A stretch of DNA of 64,000 nt from Cirrosporium novae-zelandiae. Taxonomy: Eukaryota. Under the pieces are notes generated by a model. That model ran no database searches, had not been told where the DNA came from, and worked only from the letters and a program-made list of their open reading frames with translations. A program made the translations under genes and the position numbers. Within the stretch, counting starts at the first letter, position 1; the number at the start of each line of letters is the position of its first letter. The stretch is taken from positions 124,001-188,000 of the forward strand of contig JAPETS010000001.1 of NCBI GenBank assembly GCA_026023565.1. Reading direction: 5' to 3'. Shown here piece after piece: positions 1 to 13,505 of this stretch.

Positions 1-3000
1 TATCCCTGGGAACAAGGCCGATGGCAAGGACTTAGAAGGGCTTTACAGGACGTGGAATAGGGGCCTATTTTTAATAGGAGCAAGATAGTATTGGCAGAGG
101 ATTTCAATACCTATAATCTAATGTGGGAGCCCGAGCGGGCCACCTGCGTGGACGACGCGCCCCTAATAGCGTTTATAGAGAAATGGGGCTTAGTTATACA
201 GAACGACACCGCCCAGAACATCTGGTTCGGAAAAAAATCGGCTCGTTATTCAACAATTGATTTGACAATAATTAACCCCGCTATAGGGCCGTTTCAGGGG
301 TGGTTAGCAGGCGCGGTAATCGATAACGCAGGTAATAAATTAGGAATTGATTCAGACCACGCCTTTATTCAATTCGAATAGGGGGGTCACCGCCCAAAAA
401 TAGGCCAGCCAACCCCGAATTCGTGGGATTTAAAACCGCTGGAAAACCCCTAACAGCAAGCTAAAGCGAAACAAGAATAGGAATCCTGGTCAACTGCGAG
501 GGGCATACTAGCCGCAGACTGTACGGAAACGCAGCTGGAAAACGAGGTACAGGGGATTACTACCCAGCTAAAGGTTATTCTAGATAAATACGCAAAGCCT
601 AAACGGGTGTGCGCATGGTCGAAAGCGTGGTGGGACCCCGAATACACCGCCAAAAGGCACGAATACTGTGTAGCGTTTAGAGAGACGAGGCAAGGGCGCC
701 GAACCTACGGAGAAGCTAAAGCGGTATTCAGGGAATTCACAAGGCTAATTAGGGCCAAAAAAAAGGAAAAATAAACCGTTTTTCTCCAAATATATATAGG
801 GGGAGACGACCTAAACAAACCCCTAAACCCCGAAAATATTCAACGAGGATGGAAAATATTGAAATACTGCAAGCCCCAAAACCGAGACCCGACGCCGGCG
901 CTCCGTATAGAAGACGGGAGGGTAGCGGTAGAGACCAAAGACAAAGAGGCCCTTATACGGGAGCGAGCCTTCCCGTTATCCCCAGAAAGCCCTGAACCTC
1001 GGCTTCCGATAGGGGGGGTATTCGCCCAACAACTGTCCGAGAAAATGGTGCGGAAAGTATTATACGCACAAAATATGAATAAAACCCCAGGATACGACGG
1101 AGCCCAATTTGGGGCGCTCCGTATGCTATGGCAGTGGGACCCCGGTAGAATAACGGGGGTGGTCCGGCATTGCTTCCGGTTAGGGTATCACCCGACGCAA
1201 TAAAAATATGCCCGGGGGATATTACTATTCAAGCCTGGAAAAACCGATAAAATATTGGTTAAAAACTATAGGGTGATAAGTCTATTATACTGTTTAAACA
1301 AAATAATCGAAAAAATTATAGTTAACGCGCTAGCGGATATATACGAAAGCCTGAATAAACTGTATAATAGCCAATTTGGGTCGAAGCGTAACCGGAGCGC
1401 AGTCGATGCGTTTGCGTATCTGATATACCGAATAAAAAAAGGATTTAACCGAAAACAGGTGATTTATATTTTATTTATAGACGTGAAAGGGGCGTTTAAT
1501 TATATATTACGGTTTAAATTGATACAACGTCTAAAGTAATTAGAAATCGATAGAAATATTATTAGATGGGTAGCCAGTTTTATAGCCCAACGAAACGTCG
1601 AATTGGTGATCGACGGAGAGATATAACCCCGAATCAGTATAGAAACGGGGGTGCCGCAAGAATCATCCGTATCCCCAATATTATTCCTAATATATTGCAG
1701 CGGGCTATTCGCAGCCGTAGAGTAGGCGGTCCCTGGGGTTAAAGCCCTATTATTCGTGGACGACGTAAGCTTCTCGACCACCTATATAGATAATAAACAA
1801 GCCCGGAAGACTATTTAATAGGCAGTAAAAGCGGCGGTCCAATAAAAGAAAGAAAATAGGCTAGAATTCGACGTCTAAAAAATTGAGGTTATAACTTTTT
1901 CTAGGCTACGTAAATACTAAGTTTGGGTGAATATTAAACCGAAAATTAGGGTCGACAGTTATTTAATCGAATATAAAAGGGATTACGTGCGGTAGTTAGG
2001 CGTATAACTAGATCCGAAACTTAATTTTTAGGCCTATCACGCCTAGCGGTTGGTTAAAACCCGACGTGCGGAAAATATAGTTAGGTATATATACCACCGA
2101 AACGGGCTACCTACGGGGCTTGCGCGCCAGGTAGCCGTGGCGATTATAGTGTCAACCTATATATACGGGTGTGAGATTTGGTGGAGGGGGCAAACCGGCT
2201 ATCAGGCAGAATTTCAAAAGCTGCTGAATAGGCTTGCCAGGCTAGTAACGGGGGCCTATAAAACAACCCTAATAGTAACGGTTATACAGAAGGCCTGTAT
2301 ATATCCCGCAGACGTGATACTAAATACCGCGCAGAAAAAATATAGGTTTCGGTGCTTCTAAAAAACCGAAAAAAACCTAATAAACCTAATACTGCCGATA
2401 ACGTTCAGGATGGGAGACGCAGGCGCCCAATCAGGGGAATAACCGCTGAAAGACCTCCAATAGATCCAGAAAACCAAAAGGGATACGTTAGGCCAATATT
2501 TAGCTATAACGACAGCTCAAGGGGTAGTAAACCCGAGTTTTGGGGTCGAAAAAGTCCAAATAACCGAAGAAAATAGGTTTTTAGGGGAAATAATAATACC
2601 CCTAGAACAGCAGGCCTTCAGCGAGGCGCTAGCGCAGGGCTGGAAGGACGTATACTGGTCGGACGGATCTAGGCTAGAAGACCGCAAGGTAGGGGCGGGA
2701 ATAGCCTGGAAAACAGCCGAAAAAACCCTATGGACGATGCGGAAATACCACCTAGGTCAAAATAAGGAGGTATTCGATGCAGAGCTTTGGGGGGCGCAAG
2801 CGGCCCTATAAACAGCGGCTAGGGCGTACCCAAATAACTATAAAACCCCCGGAAGAGAAATAGTGGTGTTGCTTGATTCGCAAGCGGCTATCAGACGGAT
2901 CGAAAAGGGGGGGTTAGAAGGGGGCCAAGCGACCGTACAGGGGGTATACGAGTATACCAAATACCTGGTCGATCAAGGGGCGAAAGTCGCTATTAGGTGG

Positions 3001-3990
3001 GTCCCAGGGCACCATAGGGTACCAAAGAACGAAGCAGCAGACCAAGCGGCTAAGGCAGGCGCGGCGCTAGGGAATAGCAGGGCGGCCGAATAGATCTCGC
3101 TGGCCTATATAGCCCGTAGTATAACGGAAGAACGGGTTATAAAAACGTACAACCAGCTGCGCAGCTGGGGGGCAAAAAAATCGCCCGATAGGCCGTATCG
3201 AATACACCCGAGATATAAAAAAGATCGGGTGCTAGAATACGCGTCTAAAGGGCTGATGGATAGGCTCTATCAAATAAAAACGGGGCACGCCGCCACCGGG
3301 GAATATATATACCGCACGAAGACCACTACCACCCCGGAATACTGGTGGTGCGGGGCTTTATATCAAAACGTTCCCTATTTAATATTGATATGCCCGCGCT
3401 GGAAAACGGTTAAAGCCCGGGTGCGGGGAGCAGTGGAAAAACAGGGGGGCCAGTGGCCCAGTATAGCCGAGAGGGAAAAGCTAGCATTCGTATTAGGGGA
3501 CCGAAGATTCTCTAAAAATTGGGTGCGCTTTTTGGGCAATACGGAGGTGGGGAAGCCCCAGTCCTGGGCCAGACACGAAACGGAAAATCGTGAGGCGTAC
3601 CTGGATTGGGGGTGGGTAGAACCCGGACACGGGGGGGAAAACGACCCAGACGTAGGTGTTGGGTAAAAGCTGGGCCCGTAGTAGGTACGCGGGGTGAGCG
3701 CATGCGTAAGCAAGGACTGAAAAAGTCGGAAATAGGTGCGAGTGGGCCTATTTATAGGCTACGAACACCGAAATAGCGCTAAAAGACTATCCGGTTAGAT
3801 AAGTCAGGTGATTCTAGGAAACCCAAAGAGGGGGAGAAGCTATATAGCCGAACCAGGGGGGTGACCCCCACCACCTTAGCTAAAAGTAAGCCCGAAAGGG
3901 GATACGAAAGGGCCTAAAAGCCCCCGAGTAGAGTCCGTCATAGCTTCTAAGCGATATATGGACATAAAACAATGAATAATCATCATCATA
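1..3990 (+). mobile_element. Degenerate non-LTR retrotransposon (LINE, Tad1-like with RNase H); 5' part lies outside the window
   Basis: Domain fragments appear in ORF2 order: APE endonuclease tail (EDFN..W, IDLT, DSDH; 91-381); RT (KTPGYDG, NYRVISLL, QFGSKRNRSAVD, FIDVKGAFN, GVPQESSVSPILF, FVDD; ~1070-1790); RNase H (YWSDGS, EVFDAEL, LDSQAAI, WVPGH..NEAADQAAK; ~2650-3060); degenerate CCHC knuckle (WWCG..ICPRW). ORF2 stop is at 3666, followed by a 3' UTR and an AATGAATAATCATCATCATA tail. Many in-frame TAA/TAG stops. Confidence 0.93.
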
Positions 3991-5694
3991 CCTAACTAAC
4001 CAAGCCAAAAAAAAAAAAACGTGGGATATTCGCTAAATCTACCTAAGCTGGGTACACGGTGTTTAGGATATTTTACTTGGCTGCGCTGTAATAGTACTTC
4101 TTTTCTTGTCGTTGTTCGGTTTAGGAGTTTCTAAAACTGTGCTTTTTTTCTTTCTTTCTTTTTCTCCTGGAAGGGGTTCTTTGTTTTTATTTTTCTCTTT
4201 TTTTTCTTTTCGATCAAGGTAAGGTAAGTGAGTGTAACCTTGGCTGCGTTGGAACAGTTTGGATGTGTTCATGTTTTTGTTTTTGTTTTTGTTTTTGTTT
4301 TTTTTGATTAACTGGATTAACTGGTTAGGTAGTTACTATAGATAGGAAAGGAAAGGGAACGGACTAGACCGACCAGGCTATGGCCCTTGACCTGGTCGGT
4401 TTATAGATGGGGAAGGCTTGGTCTGGTTAGTCGGGGGTCAGACCGTCTATTTGGTCTATTCCATTCCCCTTCGCTAACTTATAAATTTGCTATGATACTT
4501 CTTCTTCTTCTTCTATGAGATCATTTAGTTTACAGTTTCCAAAGCTATGCCTTTCTTTCTTTCTTTCTTTCTTTTCCTCCCAGAAGGGATTCTTTTTTAT
4601 TTTATGTTTCGATGGGCGTGGGTGATAAATCAAGTCAAGTACATTGAAGATAAATAAGGAAAAAAATTGACAAGAGCCACCCATCCCGTCCCATCCACAT
4701 CCAATCAAATCCCATTTCAATATTTTCCAATTTGAAACCCCCCCCCAGTTTTCCTTTTAACATCCCCGCTAGCATTTTTTGAGATCCAAGGTCATTGAAA
4801 TAAATTAAAAAATTTGAATAAACGCCCCGCCTGCTCCTTCGCTTTGAAGAAGTTTGGGTATTGAGCGTTTTTTGGAAAGGACCATCATCCCGTCCTGTAT
4901 CGAAAAAAGCTAGCGCCTTGTCTATAGTCTCCTGCCGTACCCATCTTCTCTCATTGTTCACCATCGTCGTCATTGTTGTTGTTGTCATCATATACCAAAA
5001 ACACCTGCGTGCGTACATACGAATAAATAAACAAATAAATAAAATGTTGTTGTTGGCCCCACCCATATTATCGGATATCATATCATACCATAACTGCTTC
5101 ATATAGCCAAAAGAAAGAAAAACGGGGTGTAAATAAAGCAGCATGGTTTCTATAATATTAAGAATTAAAGGAGAGAATATGTGAAAGGGGAAAAGGAAAG
5201 ATTATATAAAAAGGGGAAAGTAAATATGAATGTGTAGGTCTGCTTCAATCAATCTCTTTTCTGTCCCATAAGCCATTCTATCATGTCTCGTACAGCGTAG
5301 GTTCTGTCTAGGCTGTAGTTGGCATATTGAACTTGAAGAGATCAAACGACCGTTATCCCCCTCCCTTCCACGCCCAGTTGAATGGAGAAGGCCAATGATT
5401 CCTGTAAGGAAGGTCCCATAAACATGAACTCTCACATCAAGAAAGTGTTCCCGAGATACTGTCGTGGTCGGGTGTTGAAAATGGAATGTAAAAAAGCGAA
5501 TCGCAGGGTGAAAGGATAAAGAGAAACAACGACGCTCAACCCGCGAGAGAAGATAGACATATGTTTAAAATGTATCGATATCTATCCAGTACATGAACAC
5601 AGCCCTTTAAGAAGTAAATCCACTGTCTGCTATGAATATTTGATTGCGGAAGTAAAGGGCATATTGTTTTTTTTAAAGATTAGGCATCTTCTTT

Positions 5695-7471
5695 CTATTC
5701 AGAAATAGAGTAACTGTCTGGATTGTATGATGTATCCCAAAAATCATCGATATTCTGATCTGGTAGTCCAGGAGCCAGATTATTGAGGCCTAAAATAGGG
5801 GCAGCTTGTGGTGATTGATCAGAGCGTAGGTTCTGACCGAGGTCTATAGGCAGTTGTGCCGCCTCTTGATACAATTGATCATCTCGTGTTGGTGAGCCTG
5901 AATAATAAGTATAGTCCTGGGTCACGGGTGACTGAGTCAATTCGGAATAATTGAGTGAACTAGATTGTGGACTTCCAAGGAAATTTTGATGTGGTTGTGG
6001 ATTTTGGTATCGGGAGGGAGGGACAGATGACACCATATAAGTGGTAAGCAAGTTCTCGTGGTTGGGAAGAGTCTGAGGGAGAGTCTCTCCCGGATATTGG
6101 ACCGAGGATGAGGTAATGTTTTGGCTCAAAGGCTGCATCGTGGGCTCTTCTTGGAGCATACCCAGGAGCTGTGCGGTGGTATATGGTGGTACCGTAGAGA
6201 TAAAATCTTCGGGAAGGCCAAGTGCGCGTAAATAGTCTTGTACATTATAGTCTGCAACTTAGTTAGCGATGTTCGAATATAATTATCAGAACTCACGCCC
6301 TACATGGTGATGGTACGTTCTGGCCAGGGTATATGATTGCGAAGATCTGTTCCCACCCAGCAGCATAGACATCCCTAATGTTCCTCATCTGCTCTCTTGT
6401 GATGACATCAATAGGGATTTCCTGGTTCCCTACACAGGTCTGCGGGTTTAGATGATGGGTCAATTCCTCAGTTCTCTGAAAGGTAAATCTGCATGTAACG
6501 CATTGTAGGGAAGGGTGAGCACGCCTTAGGTGTTGTTTCAAACGAGATATCCTTTCAAAACCTGGCACGCATGAACGATACTGCGCATTTAAAAGATGAT
6601 ATTTTCTTGGATTGTTCTTGAAACATGGGCAAGCAAATAACTCTTTATCACCAGTATCGTCTGCGGAGCCCTTGCACGGCCTTGGCTTCTTTCCACGCTC
6701 GCGTTCAGAGGCTGAGGAATTCCCGCTGTCCTTGTCGCTCGTACGGCGGCGTTTTCTATGAGGTTTCAGAGGTTTTTTCTCTGATTGTCGACTGGAATAT
6801 CTAGTGCCTGCTCGTGAATTTGTCGAGGACGGTGGACAACGTGGGACAGTTTTTATTCCGAAACTCTTACTAGACTCGTGCCTCGTGTTGATTCCGGTTC
6901 GATAAACTCTTGGTTCAGTCGGTTGTGCAGCCAAGCCCTCAGCGCTGTTTTGTTCTATTGCGGTAGCAGATATTCCACAGCTTTCCAGCTGCTCGGATAG
7001 ATCTTGGACCGCAGAGGTATCGGAAACATACGAACCAGCTGATCGGCTGGAAGCTCGTATCGGAGCTGACACGCACCGTTGTTGAGTGGGCGGCCGTAAA
7101 TGCCGAGACCGAATAGGTATGTTATTCGCAGTTTCATTAGGAATTCTCGAGGCAAATGTGATAACTAGGTCTGGAATACGGGATGGCACTCCAATAGAGC
7201 TGGCAGCTCCCAGAGGAGACCAAGGTGACTCAACCTCGTCCTTTTTAACTAGAGTTAAAATATCACTCAAGTGCGTCCCCTGTTCAACGCCTGCCGCATT
7301 GTAGCTTCTAGGGTTGGTTTTTTCAAGTGCCTCGCCTCCACCATATGCGCAGGCAACAAGATGCTCTCTTTCCGAAGGAGATGTTCGACAGCATCTAACA
7401 AAATGAGATGTTGAGGTGTTGTAGAAACATTCTCCAGGGCCTCGATCACGGCTGGCGGCTGAAAGAGCCAT
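5695..7471 (-). CDS. C2H2-type zinc-finger protein, 2 exons (intron 6252-6303)
   Basis: FACPCFKNNP..Y...C...GF..ISRLKQHLRRAH..LQCVTC..F....L..H motif. Splicing GTAGGG..GCTAAC..TTGCAG restores PSPYY and joins ORF 6293-7471 in frame with ORF 5695-6159. Confidence 0.75.
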
Positions 7472-9651
7472 GGGTACGATAGTAGATCTAAATAGTAAGC
7501 GATGAGGCCAAGTTGATCGAGGAGGCCAAAAGGGCTATAGTATCTCGCTGGAGTAGGCTCCAAGAAACTGTGAAATCTTAGTAGAGGGCAAAGGAAGATT
7601 CGGAGAAAAGATGAGGGTGGGTGGGAATCAGCCTGATTCAATAATGAATTGGTGCCTACAATCCACATCAGCAAATCTACTGTACGCAGTGTAGAGAAAT
7701 ATAAGAAAGTCACTCATACATGGAGAGTAAAAGTTGGTGTCAATCAGGCTAAGGCTCTCTTGTCGGCGTGAGGATGGGCATGATGAGGTGAAAGTAGAAA
7801 CAAGAAGAGTAGGCATCGCTAGGGGGGCTTATGAGTATTGTCGGTATGACTTGCACAAACGTTTGTTTCGAAGGGAATACACATATGTTCGTTCTTGGGT
7901 GGCAAGGCAGAATCGAGCAAGAGTTTAGATGTATTTAATGAAAGATGTTATTGATGCCAATCTTATTCGGCTCAAAGACTCAGGTCACCTGGGCGCGTAA
8001 TATTTTATTTAATGGCTTTAGAAATAAGCCATCGGCTTACTGCTTCGCATGTACTGTACAACAGAATAATGTTCCAGTGCATGGAAGCCGCTGATGTACC
8101 ACCAAGACCTTGATCATGGCCCTTACATCATTGTAATTGTGCATATTTTTCATATACCTACATGCGGATTGATGGAAAAGTTGAAAATACCGACTGGCTG
8201 AGCTGCAATTGAATGAAAATCATCGAAATTGATTAGCCATCGAAAGCTCCATCAAGTTTTTGGACCACTAAAATCCGTCGAGGGCCATAGTTCGGTTTCG
8301 GTACGAGTTTAAAGATAAGCTGGCAGGGACATGGGAAACCCTATTGAATTCTCGGACTAATCGCATCATTGTGCCTATGAAGATAATCAAAGGCGTTTGG
8401 TAATGAAGCGTATGCTTTAGATGGTTCCGATTTCCTGAACCTTTGTATATTCTTACCACACTGCAGAGTCCGGATTGTCAGCCCTGAACTTGGTAAAATA
8501 TTTTGATAGCCATCATCCCCTAGCCATCGCCTTGGATTTTACATCTTTAATCATTCGAGTGGATATATGTATTTATATATGTATAGATGTCTGCTAGCAT
8601 TAATTAGCAGTAGTGCAACTCAAGTTGAATTTCGAAGAGCATGACAGGATAGATTAATACATTACTACCACAACTCATGCATTCAGAACAGGAAATCTTA
8701 AGCATGAGCACCATTATAGGGGACAGACGACGATACACAGAATCATTATTCCGAAACAATGGTATAGCAATTGATAACATTGTAGCGAGGATTCAAAAGG
8801 ACTATCGCAACATAACACGATATAGAAGTGAAGCACCTCTCGTCCTTCAATTCGATGTTCAGGTCTATCGCCACTAGCTGGGGTGAAGATATTGCACCAA
8901 ATATAAAAATATTGATTTCCATAAATTGTTATATCAATCCAACTTGAAGTTTCTTAAAAAGAGGCCATGAGCATGATTTCTTCCTCATAGAGTTCCATCA
9001 AAGATCAAGAACGTGGCATTTTGACCAGACATCTCTTTTACAGCACAATTCATCTCCTTAATAGGTGGGAATTCTTTCTATTAAATATTCCTCCTCTATG
9101 ACAGACAGCTCATGAGAAGTTAGACACAGTGATTGGTTCCAAGTGACGAATCAGTAGTTATCCGATGGCCCTTATCCTAGGTATCCATTCACGTTAGAAC
9201 ACTAGGACGTTGGGCCTGACTGCTTGGTCCAACCCGTTGTGTTCTATATGTTGACTTGCTGTTGGGCAACAATTCACGTGTTCAAAGAGATAAAAAGGAT
9301 GTTTGAGTCTGAACGGTTGATGATTAGTATTACGTTTGACTGATAGCAAGCTAGACCCGAACCTTGTTCAGCACGCACTGTTCAGGTCATTAACTCCTAA
9401 GGCAGCTATTCCAAAGTTCTCCTTGACAGAATCCATGTTCATAAATCTGATGATAAGCGTTACATTCGATTACCAGGATCCTTCGTGGTTGTTGGCTGGT
9501 ATGGCAGGTTTCGCTACTACCCAACGATGACCACCACAAGTAAAAAGGTATAAAGTGTACCCAGGTAGAGATCTATATCTATCAAACTTTTATTTATATC
9601 CATCATGATTGCCCCATAACAATGACAATTCCATAACCTAGACCTATCCAT

Positions 9652-10362
9652 TTAATCCGTGGCCCTATATCTATCCCTATATTCTTTCAGTCTCTTGGCA
9701 TCTTCCTCACTGCCTGATCCCTTCTTCACTTCTTCTACTAAATCATCCAATGTAAGCACACTCAGTACATCAATGCCGTATTCTCGTCCGATTTCTGAAA
9801 TTGCACTTCTTTCATCTCCATGTTCCTCCTTCTTTTCCATTCGATCTAGTGCTACGAGCATACCGATGACCTTACCACCTTCTTTCTCAATAATCCCGAC
9901 TGCTTCTCTGGCTGCTGTTCCAGCGGTAACAACATCATCCACAATCAGAACCTTCTTTCCTTTTAAGGCTGCACCAACAATATTTCCCCCCTCTCCATGA
10001 TCTTTGGCCTCCTTCCTATTGAAACTAAACTCGATGTTTCCAAATTTTTCTGGTGTCAATTCAGCGAGTTTTGATGCTGTGGCGACCGCGAGCGGTATGC
10101 CTTTATACGCAGGGCCGAAGAGAACATCAAAGGTAAAGGAGGGGTCGGCAGAGATTTTGGCAAGGATTGTACGGGCATAGGCCGTAGCGATGGATGAAAG
10201 CAGATCTGCTCGGTGGAATAATCCAGCATTGAAGAAGTAGGGTGATTGACGACCCGATTTCAGGGTGAATGTTCCAAAGTAGAGGACACCCGCCGAAATA
10301 CAGGTTTGGAGAAAGGATGACTTGTAGGTGGGGATGGTGGTTGGATTGGTTTCTGAAGCCAT
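9652..10362 (-). CDS. URA5: Orotate phosphoribosyltransferase
   Basis: [43 protein letters not shown] and PRPP-binding [13 protein letters not shown] motifs; intronless, 236 aa. Confidence 0.97.
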   Translation of the reverse strand: MASETNPTTIPTYKSSFLQTCISAGVLYFGTFTLKSGRQSPYFFNAGLFHRADLLSSIATAYARTILAKISADPSFTFDVLFGPAYKGIPLAVATASKLAELTPEKFGNIEFSFNRKEAKDHGEGGNIVGAALKGKKVLIVDDVVTAGTAAREAVGIIEKEGGKVIGMLVALDRMEKKEEHGDERSAISEIGREYGIDVLSVLTLDDLVEEVKKGSGSEEDAKRLKEYRDRYRATD

Positions 10363-13300
10363 GGTGATTATCCTAGTCGTAGGGTGGCCTCTTTAAGGGT
10401 CGAGGACCGGTAAAAGACAATTTGTAAAAATCAATGCATCCAAACTACAAGGAAGATGTGAGAATATTTTCTTGAAATTCAACCCCGCCGTGCGAAGATT
10501 CACGTGTGCGGGGTATGCAGACGCGTAAATCAGCCTAATAATTAAGGCCTTCAAGACGCGTCTCAATTCTTGATTCCATGAATACCCTATACTACAATAT
10601 CTTTTCAGTTTCTATAACCCCCTCCAGTCAACATTTCTACAGAGATATATCAGAGACCTTATGATGTGACCCTATTCCCTTACTCTGCCCAGCCTTCCTA
10701 CAACTTTCAGTGGCATCGCCATATCCCCTACATGATCGACGCCTGCAGGCAGATTCTATTCTCTAAGCCTTGTGGCCGAGATTAGGCTTGCAAACCCCAA
10801 GATCCCATCATGGTGCATACAGCAGTTATTCTTTGCAGAAGTTTCTGGGGAATCCCCTTCTCCACTGAACCAAGCCTCCCCATACCAATATCTGCCTAAT
10901 GGCTTAGACGTGTCTAAGCCATGTTTACTCTATGGCTTAGTTCCATTTGAAATGAATTAGGGAAAACTTTGAAAGACATTCATTCCCTTCTGTCGAGTGA
11001 ATCGGTTGAAGATGTTGCTGTCTTATCACTTATCCTTGGTCTATCATCAGACCATCGGGAGTCTCTGGGTCCTCTTATTTTTTACTGGAGAATGACGAGG
11101 TTTCAAGTTTATCGCTCTCTCTTGCCAGTCTTAGCAACCCGGCACGATAAAACTTTGCCGATCCGAAATGTTCCAATTATTGTGGTGCGAACATTAATTA
11201 TTGTCTCCGTCAAAAGAAGGCTTACTATCAAACAAGAGGGAACCGTCCAGTCGCTTAGCAAGCGGGGCGGAAACCCACGTACTTGTATGTATCCAATATT
11301 ACATGCATACCTATACATACCTATACATACCTTACAACATACATTACATTACCTACCATATTTCCTACCATCTCTCAGACAAAATAATTAACAAACCAAG
11401 ACCCACGATCAACTCTAACCAATGAATATTAATGAATATCACACCCCACAACCCCACATCCGTCACCCGTCAACCAGGCATTTACCCTACTCGTAACATC
11501 CACCCCAAAACCACTTCCTTACCCCATTTCACCAAAAAAAAATCCCCAAGTACTTCCTATGTATACTCGAGTACACAACATAAGCTTACATACAGCAAAT
11601 AAGAGCCTACCTACAAATCATCACATCACCCAAAAACCATCCTCTTCTTTTTTTTTCTTTGTCGGGGAGGGAGGGGGGGCCACGGGACCGACCATGCCGT
11701 GACCCTTCCCTACCTCGTTTCGTTCCGTTTGTGGAGACAATAGGCATGAGATATGAATATCACCCGAGAAGTCGCATGGTTACCCTACTCTACCTTTTTG
11801 TTTCGCCGATCTATATTACAATGTACACACACAATATCTAAGTAAACATGTGTGTGTGACCTTGACTCGATTCTGACTTTAGCTTTGACTTTTTTGGCTT
11901 TGACGATTTACGGAACGGGCGGAGATGGAAATGGAAATGGGATGATGGTGTTCATCTTAACGTAGCCAGTATTAATTAGTATCCTAAGAAGTGTAGAGTA
12001 GGCTGGAAAGAGGTTGGGTGGGTGGTTAGGTGGGCGGGTGGAAGTTGTACAGTAGAGTAATAAGGGAAAAGACACGAGAGACACATAGTCTAAAATACAG
12101 TGAGTGATATAGATGATAGTCTATCCATACTTGGTATATAGCCCAACGAGCCCAGCGAGTCAAACATAAGAAAATGACCCTTTCATCCATCTTACCTTTC
12201 TTACCTAAGGACTATTATATATTCCTAGGTATACTTTACCTGTATGTATACATGTAATTTATACATACAACAGCATCCAAATACCAAACCAACAATACCA
12301 TAAAAAACAGAGATCGGGAATCGGAAAGTCTCAATTCCTTAATAATTCCATTTAAATTCTATTTAAATTCTCCCTCGCTTTCTTCACCTTCACTGATGAA
12401 AGGAAAGAAAAGAAAAAAAATAACTTCCCTTCTATTCAACCAATAATCATATACAAATCCCCTCTTCCCTCCTTCCCTCCCGCAAAAAAAAAGTTTTTTT
12501 TTTTTTTCTCAATTTTTGGTTTGGGTTTTTATCCCCACCGCTGAAGTTAATACACCCATTACACCTATACATGTATCCATGTAATATATCTACCTTGGTA
12601 CGCAAAGAAAGGCAAAGGAAAGGAAAGGAAAGGAAAGGAGGGGAAAAAAGGAAGGAAAAGTACATGGTTTGACATTGGATATTAGACATGTAAAGTATGT
12701 AAATATGGGGTATTGATTTGGCATTTTTGATGGCTCTGATTTGGATTTGGATTTGGAATTTAAGTTTATAGACTATATACAGGACTTGTAAGTATAGGTA
12801 GGGGTAGGACCTAGTGGTCGAAAGAGAGGTGGGGGTTGCTGGGGAGTTTACAAGTAAGTTGGTTATAATTATGATTATAGGTTTTAAATTTAGATTTGGA
12901 TCTGAGGGTGTATATTCTATCCTTATTATATGTATGTATGTAGGTAGGTATGTTTGATACTGGTATTGGAGTTGGAGTTATATTCGGTATGGCGAGGTTA
13001 AGGAGGTAAGTTGGGTTGGGGGTGGATGGGGATAGATGGAATGGGAGGGATGGATGGTTATACATACATACGGACTTATTAGTGGTTGGGAGCGTTTGGC
13101 GGTATTAATAAGAGTGAGTGGTACTGAGGTATTGTGTATAACATATTTGCGGAGAAGAGAGCGGAGGTGAGGAAGGGGGAGGGCAGATGAAATATCACTT
13201 TTCGGTTTGTTTCTTGGTTGATTTCTTTAAACAAAAGGGGAGGGAAAGGGAGGCTTAAGAAGGTTGGAGGGAAAGTCATGTAGAACTTTTTAACCTTGCT

Positions 13301-13505
13301 GTTAGTGAGGCGAATAAAGGGATGGATGTCAAGACGAGGCTTGATTTCTCGTTGAATGCATATAATAAAAAAATATTCTAACCATCCGTAAAATGAATGG
13401 GCTTGGGTCCTCCTCCATAGCTCATTATCATACAGCAGCAGCATGTGTCCTTCCCTATTCTCCATTCGCTTAAATGTCTCCCCCCTCACTTTTTCCTCTA
13501 CTTCT

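Noticed and set aside
3775..3940. Group I intron-like R/S fragments (AAAAGACTA ... AGAGTCC) and hammerhead-like GAAA junctions in the LINE 3' UTR
   Set aside because: P7 pairing is imperfect, no P/Q elements are found, and there is no intact CUGANGA...GAAA...UH core. Kept only as an unclassified structured RNA.
7500..9600. Short ORFs in the spacer upstream of the C2H2 orphan (for example 8677-8877)
   Set aside because: No recognisable motifs or consistent splice structure.
10700..13450. Many 60-155 aa ORFs between URA5 and RPT6
   Set aside because: They derive from AT-rich, low-complexity intergenic or UTR sequence.
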